Part shown: one piece after another, positions 58,937-64,000 of the stretch
Layout: each line of letters starts with the position of its first letter
Numbering within the stretch: the stretch's first letter is position 1
From: Eledone cirrhosa
Taxonomy: Eukaryota
Length of the DNA: 64,000 nt
Assembly: GCA_964016885.1 (NCBI GenBank)
Contig: OZ024759.1
Span: 2,356,001-2,420,000 of the forward strand
Direction: 5' to 3'
Notes under the pieces: generated by a model
Told to the model about the DNA's origin: nothing
What the model saw: only the letters and a program-made list of their open reading frames with translations
Databases searched by the model: none
Made by a program: the position numbers and the translations under genes

Positions 58937-61900
58937 CATGACAGTCTATATTAGTAACATGACACAGTCTATATTAGTAACATGACAAAGTCTATATTAG
59001 TAGCATGACACAGTCTATATTAGTAACATGACACAGTCTATATTAGTAACATGACACAGTCTATATTAGTAACATGACACAGTCTATATTAGTAACATGA
59101 CACTGTCTATATTAGTAACATGACAAAGTCTATATTAGTAGCATGACACAGTCTATATTAGTAACATGACACAGTCTATATTAGTAGCATGACAAAGTCT
59201 ATATTAGTAACATGACACAGTCTATATTAGTAACATGACACAGTCTATATTAGTAACATGACACAGTCTATATTAGTAACATGACAAAGTCTATATTAGT
59301 AACATGACAAAGTCTATATTAGTAACATGACAAAGTCTATATTAGTAACATGACACAGTCTATATTAGTAACATGACACAGTCTATATTAGTAACATGAC
59401 AAAGTCTATATTAGTAGCATGACAAAGTCTATATTAGTAATATGACACAGTCTATATTAGTAGCATGACAAAGTCTATATTAGTAACATGACAAAGTCTA
59501 TATTAGTAACATGACACAGTCTATATTAGTAACATGACAAAGTCTATATTAGTAACATGACAAAGTCTATATTAGTAACATGACACAGTCTATATTAGTA
59601 ACATGACAAAGTCTATATTAGTAACATGACAAAGTCTATATTAGTAACATGACAGTCTATATTAGTAACATGACACAGTCTATATTAGTAACATGACAAA
59701 GTCTATATTAGTAGCATGACACAGTCTATATTAGTAACATGACACTGTCTATATTGGTAACATGACAAAGTCTATATTAGTAGCATGACACTGTCTATAT
59801 TAGTAACATGACACAGTCTATATTAGTAACATGACACTGTCTATATTAGTAACATGACACAGTCTATATTAGTAACATGACACAGTCTATATTAGTAACA
59901 TGACAAAGTCTATATTAGTAACATGACAAAGTCTATATTAGTAACATGACAAAGTCTATATTAGTAACATGACAAAGTCAATATTAGTAACATGACAAAG
60001 TCTATATTAGTAACATGACAAAGTCTATATTAGTAACATGACAAAGTCTATATTAGTAACATGGCAAAGTCTATATTAGTAACATGACAAAGTCTATATT
60101 AGTAACATGACACAGTCTATATTAGTAGCATGACACAGTCTATATTAGTAACATGACACAGTCTATATTAGTAGCATGACAAAGTCTATATTAGTAACAT
60201 GACAAAGTCTATGTTAGTAACATGACACAGTCTATATTAGTAACATGACAAAGTCTATATTAGTAACATGACAAAGTCTATATTAGTAACATGACACAGT
60301 CTATATTAGTAACATGACAAAGTCTATATTAGTAACATGACAAAGTCTATATTAGTAACATGACAGTCTATATTAGTAACATGACACAGTCTATATTAGT
60401 AACATGACAAAGTCTATATTAGTAGCATGACACAGTCTATATTAGTAACATGACACAGTCTATATTAGTAACATGACACAGTCTATATTAGTAACATGGC
60501 AAAGTCTATATTAGTAACATGACAAAGTCTATATTAGTAACATGACACAGTCTATATTAGTAACATGACACAGTCTATATTAGTAACATGACACAGTCTA
60601 TATTAGTAACATGACACAGTCTATATTAGTAACATGACACAGTCTATATTAGTAACATGACACAGTCTATATTAGTAACATGACACAGTCTATATTAGTA
60701 ACATGACACAGTCTATATTAGTAACATGACAAAGTCTATATTAGTAACATGACACAGTCTATATTAGTAACATGACACAGTCTATATTAGTAACATGACA
60801 CAGTCTATATTAGTAACATGACACAGTCTATATTAGTAGCATGACAAAGTCTATATTAGTAACATGACACAGTCTATATTAGTAACATGACAAAGTCTAT
60901 ATTAGTAACATGACACAGTCTATATTAGTAACATGACAAAGTCTATATTAGTAGCATGACAAAGTCTATATTAGTAGCATGACAAAGTCTATATTAGTAG
61001 CATGACAAAGTCTATATTAGTAACATGACAAAGTCTATATTAGTAACATGACAACGTCTATATTAGTAACATGACACAGTCTATATTAGTAACATGACAC
61101 AGTCTATATTAGTAGCATGACAAAGTCTATATTAGTAACATGACACAGTCTATATTAGTAACATGACACAGTCTATATTAGTAACATGACACAGTCTATA
61201 TTAATAGCATGACAAAGTCTATATTAGTAACATGACACAGTCTATATTAGTAACATGACAAAGTCTATATTAGTAACATGACACAGTCTATATTAGTAAC
61301 ATGACAAAGTCTATATTTGTAGCATGACAAAGTCTATATTAGTAGCATGACAAAGTCTATATTAGTAGCATGACAAAGTCTATATTAGTAACATGACAAA
61401 GTCTATATTAGTAACATGACAAAGTCTATATTAGTAACATGACACAGTCTATATTAGTAGCATGACACAGTCTATATTAGTAACATGACAAAGTCTATAT
61501 TAGTAGCATGACAGTCTATATTAGTAACATGACACAGTCTATATTAGTAACATGACAAAGTCTATATTAGTAGCATGACACAGTCTATATTAGTAACATG
61601 ACACAGTCTATATTAGTAACATGACACAGTCTATATTAGTAACATGACACAGTCTATATTAGTAACATGACACTGTCTATATTAGTAACATGACAAAGTC
61701 TATATTAGTAGCATGACACAGTCTATATTAGTAACATGACACAGTCTATATTAGTAGCATGACAAAGTCTATATTAGTAACATGACACAGTCTATATTAG
61801 TAACATGACACAGTCTATATTAGTAACATGACACAGTCTATATTAGTAACATGACAAAGTCTATATTAGTAACATGACAAAGTCTATATTAGTAACATGA

Positions 61901-64000
61901 CAAAGTCTATATTAGTAACATGACACAGTCTATATTAGTAACATGACACAGTCTATATTAGTAACATGACAAAGTCTATATTAGTAGCATGACAAAGTCT
62001 ATATTAGTAATATGACACAGTCTATATTAGTAGCATGACAAAGTCTATATTAGTAACATGACAAAGTCTATATTAGTAACATGACACAGTCTATATTAGT
62101 AACATGACAAAGTCTATATTAGTAACATGACAAAGTCTATATTAGTAACATGACACAGTCTATATTAGTAACATGACAAAGTCTATATTAGTAACATGAC
62201 AAAGTCTATATTAGTAACATGACAGTCTATATTAGTAACATGACACAGTCTATATTAGTAACATGACAAAGTCTATATTAGTAGCATGACACAGTCTATA
62301 TTAGTAACATGACACTGTCTATATTGGTAACATGACAAAGTCTATATTAGTAGCATGACACTGTCTATATTAGTAACATGACACAGTCTATATTAGTAAC
62401 ATGACACTGTCTATATTAGTAACATGACACAGTCTATATTAGTAACATGACACAGTCTATATTAGTAACATGACAAAGTCTATATTAGTAACATGACAAA
62501 GTCTATATTAGTAACATGACAAAGTCTATATTAGTAACATGACAAAGTCAATATTAGTAACATGACAAAGTCTATATTAGTAACATGACAAAGTCTATAT
62601 TAGTAACATGACAAAGTCTATATTAGTAACATGGCAAAGTCTATATTAGTAACATGACAAAGTCTATATTAGTAACATGACACAGTCTATATTAGTAGCA
62701 TGACACAGTCTATATTAGTAACATGACACAGTCTATATTAGTAGCATGACAAAGTCTATATTAGTAACATGACAAAGTCTATGTTAGTAACATGACACAG
62801 TCTATATTAGTAACATGACAAAGTCTATATTAGTAACATGACAAAGTCTATATTAGTAACATGACACAGTCTATATTAGTAACATGACAAAGTCTATATT
62901 AGTAACATGACAAAGTCTATATTAGTAACATGACAGTCTATATTAGTAACATGACACAGTCTATATTAGTAACATGACAAAGTCTATATTAGTAGCATGA
63001 CACAGTCTATATTAGTAACATGACACAGTCTATATTAGTAACATGACACAGTCTATATTAGTAACATGGCAAAGTCTATATTAGTAACATGACAAAGTCT
63101 ATATTAGTAACATGACACAGTCTATATTAGTAACATGACACAGTCTATATTAGTAACATGACACAGTCTATATTAGTAACATGACACAGTCTATATTAGT
63201 AACATGACACAGTCTATATTAGTAACATGACACAGTCTATATTAGTAACATGACACAGTCTATATTAGTAACATGACACAGTCTATATTAGTAACATGAC
63301 AAAGTCTATATTAGTAACATGACACAGTCTATATTAGTAACATGACACAGTCTATATTAGTAACATGACACAGTCTATATTAGTAACATGACACAGTCTA
63401 TATTAGTAGCATGACAAAGTCTATATTAGTAACATGACACAGTCTATATTAGTAACATGACAAAGTCTATATTAGTAACATGACACAGTCTATATTAGTA
63501 ACATGACAAAGTCTATATTAGTAGCATGACAAAGTCTATATTAGTAGCATGACAAAGTCTATATTAGTAGCATGACAAAGTCTATATTAGTAACATGACA
63601 AAGTCTATATTAGTAACATGACAACGTCTATATTAGTAACATGACACAGTCTATATTAGTAACATGACACAGTCTATATTAGTAGCATGACAAAGTCTAT
63701 ATTAGTAACATGACACAGTCTATATTAGTAACATGACACAGTCTATATTAGTAACATGACACAGTCTATATTAATAGCATGACAAAGTCTATATTAGTAA
63801 CATGACACAGTCTATATTAGTAACATGACAAAGTCTATATTAGTAACATGACACAGTCTATATTAGTAACATGACAAAGTCTATATTTGTAGCATGACAA
63901 AGTCTATATTAGTAGCATGACAAAGTCTATATTAGTAGCATGACAAAGTCTATATTAGTAACATGACAAAGTCTATATTAGTAACATGACAAAGTCTATA
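58937..64000. repeat. Apparently perfect 2570-bp (112-monomer) tandem duplication, second copy cut by the window end
   Basis: CACTGTC (59101/61671), TATTGGTAA (59751/62321), AAAGTCAAT (59980/62550) and TATATTTGTAGC (61311/63881) are all offset by 2570. 112x23 minus three 2-bp deletions equals 2570. Confidence 0.9.

Larger units (their letters stand above)
1..64000. repeat. Satellite/minisatellite tandem array, 23-bp monomer GTCTATATTAGTA(A/G)CATGACA(A/C)A with interspersed 21-bp deletion monomers; ~2,800 copies, head-to-tail, truncated by both window edges
   Basis: Every line of the window consists of this monomer or a variant with 1-3 changes. No inverted monomers and no unique intervening sequence were seen. 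Copy number is estimated from length divided by unit size. Confidence 0.99.

Noticed and set aside
1-64000. CRISPR array (repeat length 23 bp is at the low end of the CRISPR range)
   Set aside because: Monomers abut directly with no unique spacers, and there is no leader or cas gene.
1-64000. Repetitive protein-coding ORF on either strand
   Set aside because: The plus monomer contains TAG, TAA and TGA, and the minus monomer contains TAA and TAG. Because 23 is not a multiple of 3, every frame hits a stop within at most three monomers.
1-64000. Telomerase-made long telomeric repeat (Candida/Kluyveromyces-type 23-25 bp units)
   Set aside because: There is no G-rich strand and no resemblance to the yeast telomere units I know. 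Multi-kb blocks of faithfully copied variants indicate DNA-level duplication rather than templated addition. A subtelomeric location is not excluded.
1-64000. Plasmid iterons or an operator/transcription-factor site array (TGACA/TGACAG, TATA-like TATATTA)
   Set aside because: Iteron arrays have a few to tens of copies beside a rep gene. These short motifs are expected by chance in an AT-rich monomer, and there is no gene nearby to regulate.
1-64000. Pure rolling-circle or polymerase-slippage artefact of one small template, or synthetic data-storage DNA
   Set aside because: Nested, hierarchically inherited variants at many different offsets look like a natural evolutionary history. Individual perfect duplications could still be misassemblies.
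1-64000. Structured ncRNA, tRNA, or inverted-repeat/mobile element
   Set aside because: Only 3-4 bp dyads (GAC/GTC, CATG) are present. No strand switch, terminal repeats or inserted sequence was seen.

Overview
The whole 64-kb window is one uninterrupted, single-orientation tandem array of an AT-rich 23-bp monomer, consensus GTCTATATTAGTAACATGACAAA (6/23 G+C). There are roughly 2,800 copies (64,000 / ~22.9), and the array runs off both ends. I see no unique sequence, ORF, RNA gene, transposon or CRISPR spacer. It is most simply read as eukaryotic satellite/minisatellite DNA; the organism cannot be told from the sequence. Three variants are common: GACACA for GACAAA, TAGCATG for TAACATG, and a 21-bp monomer GACAGTC. 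A few dozen rare variants act as barcodes. They reveal nested higher-order duplications with offsets of 253, 1573, 2570, 2580, 3315/3568, 3700, 4044, 4429, 5707, ~7800, 18748 and 20290 bp, plus a left-to-right turnover of variant families. Offsets were counted by hand from marker positions, and block ends are approximate. I cannot support a new protein-coding or defence system here. The interest lies in array architecture, and the functional ideas below are labelled as speculation.
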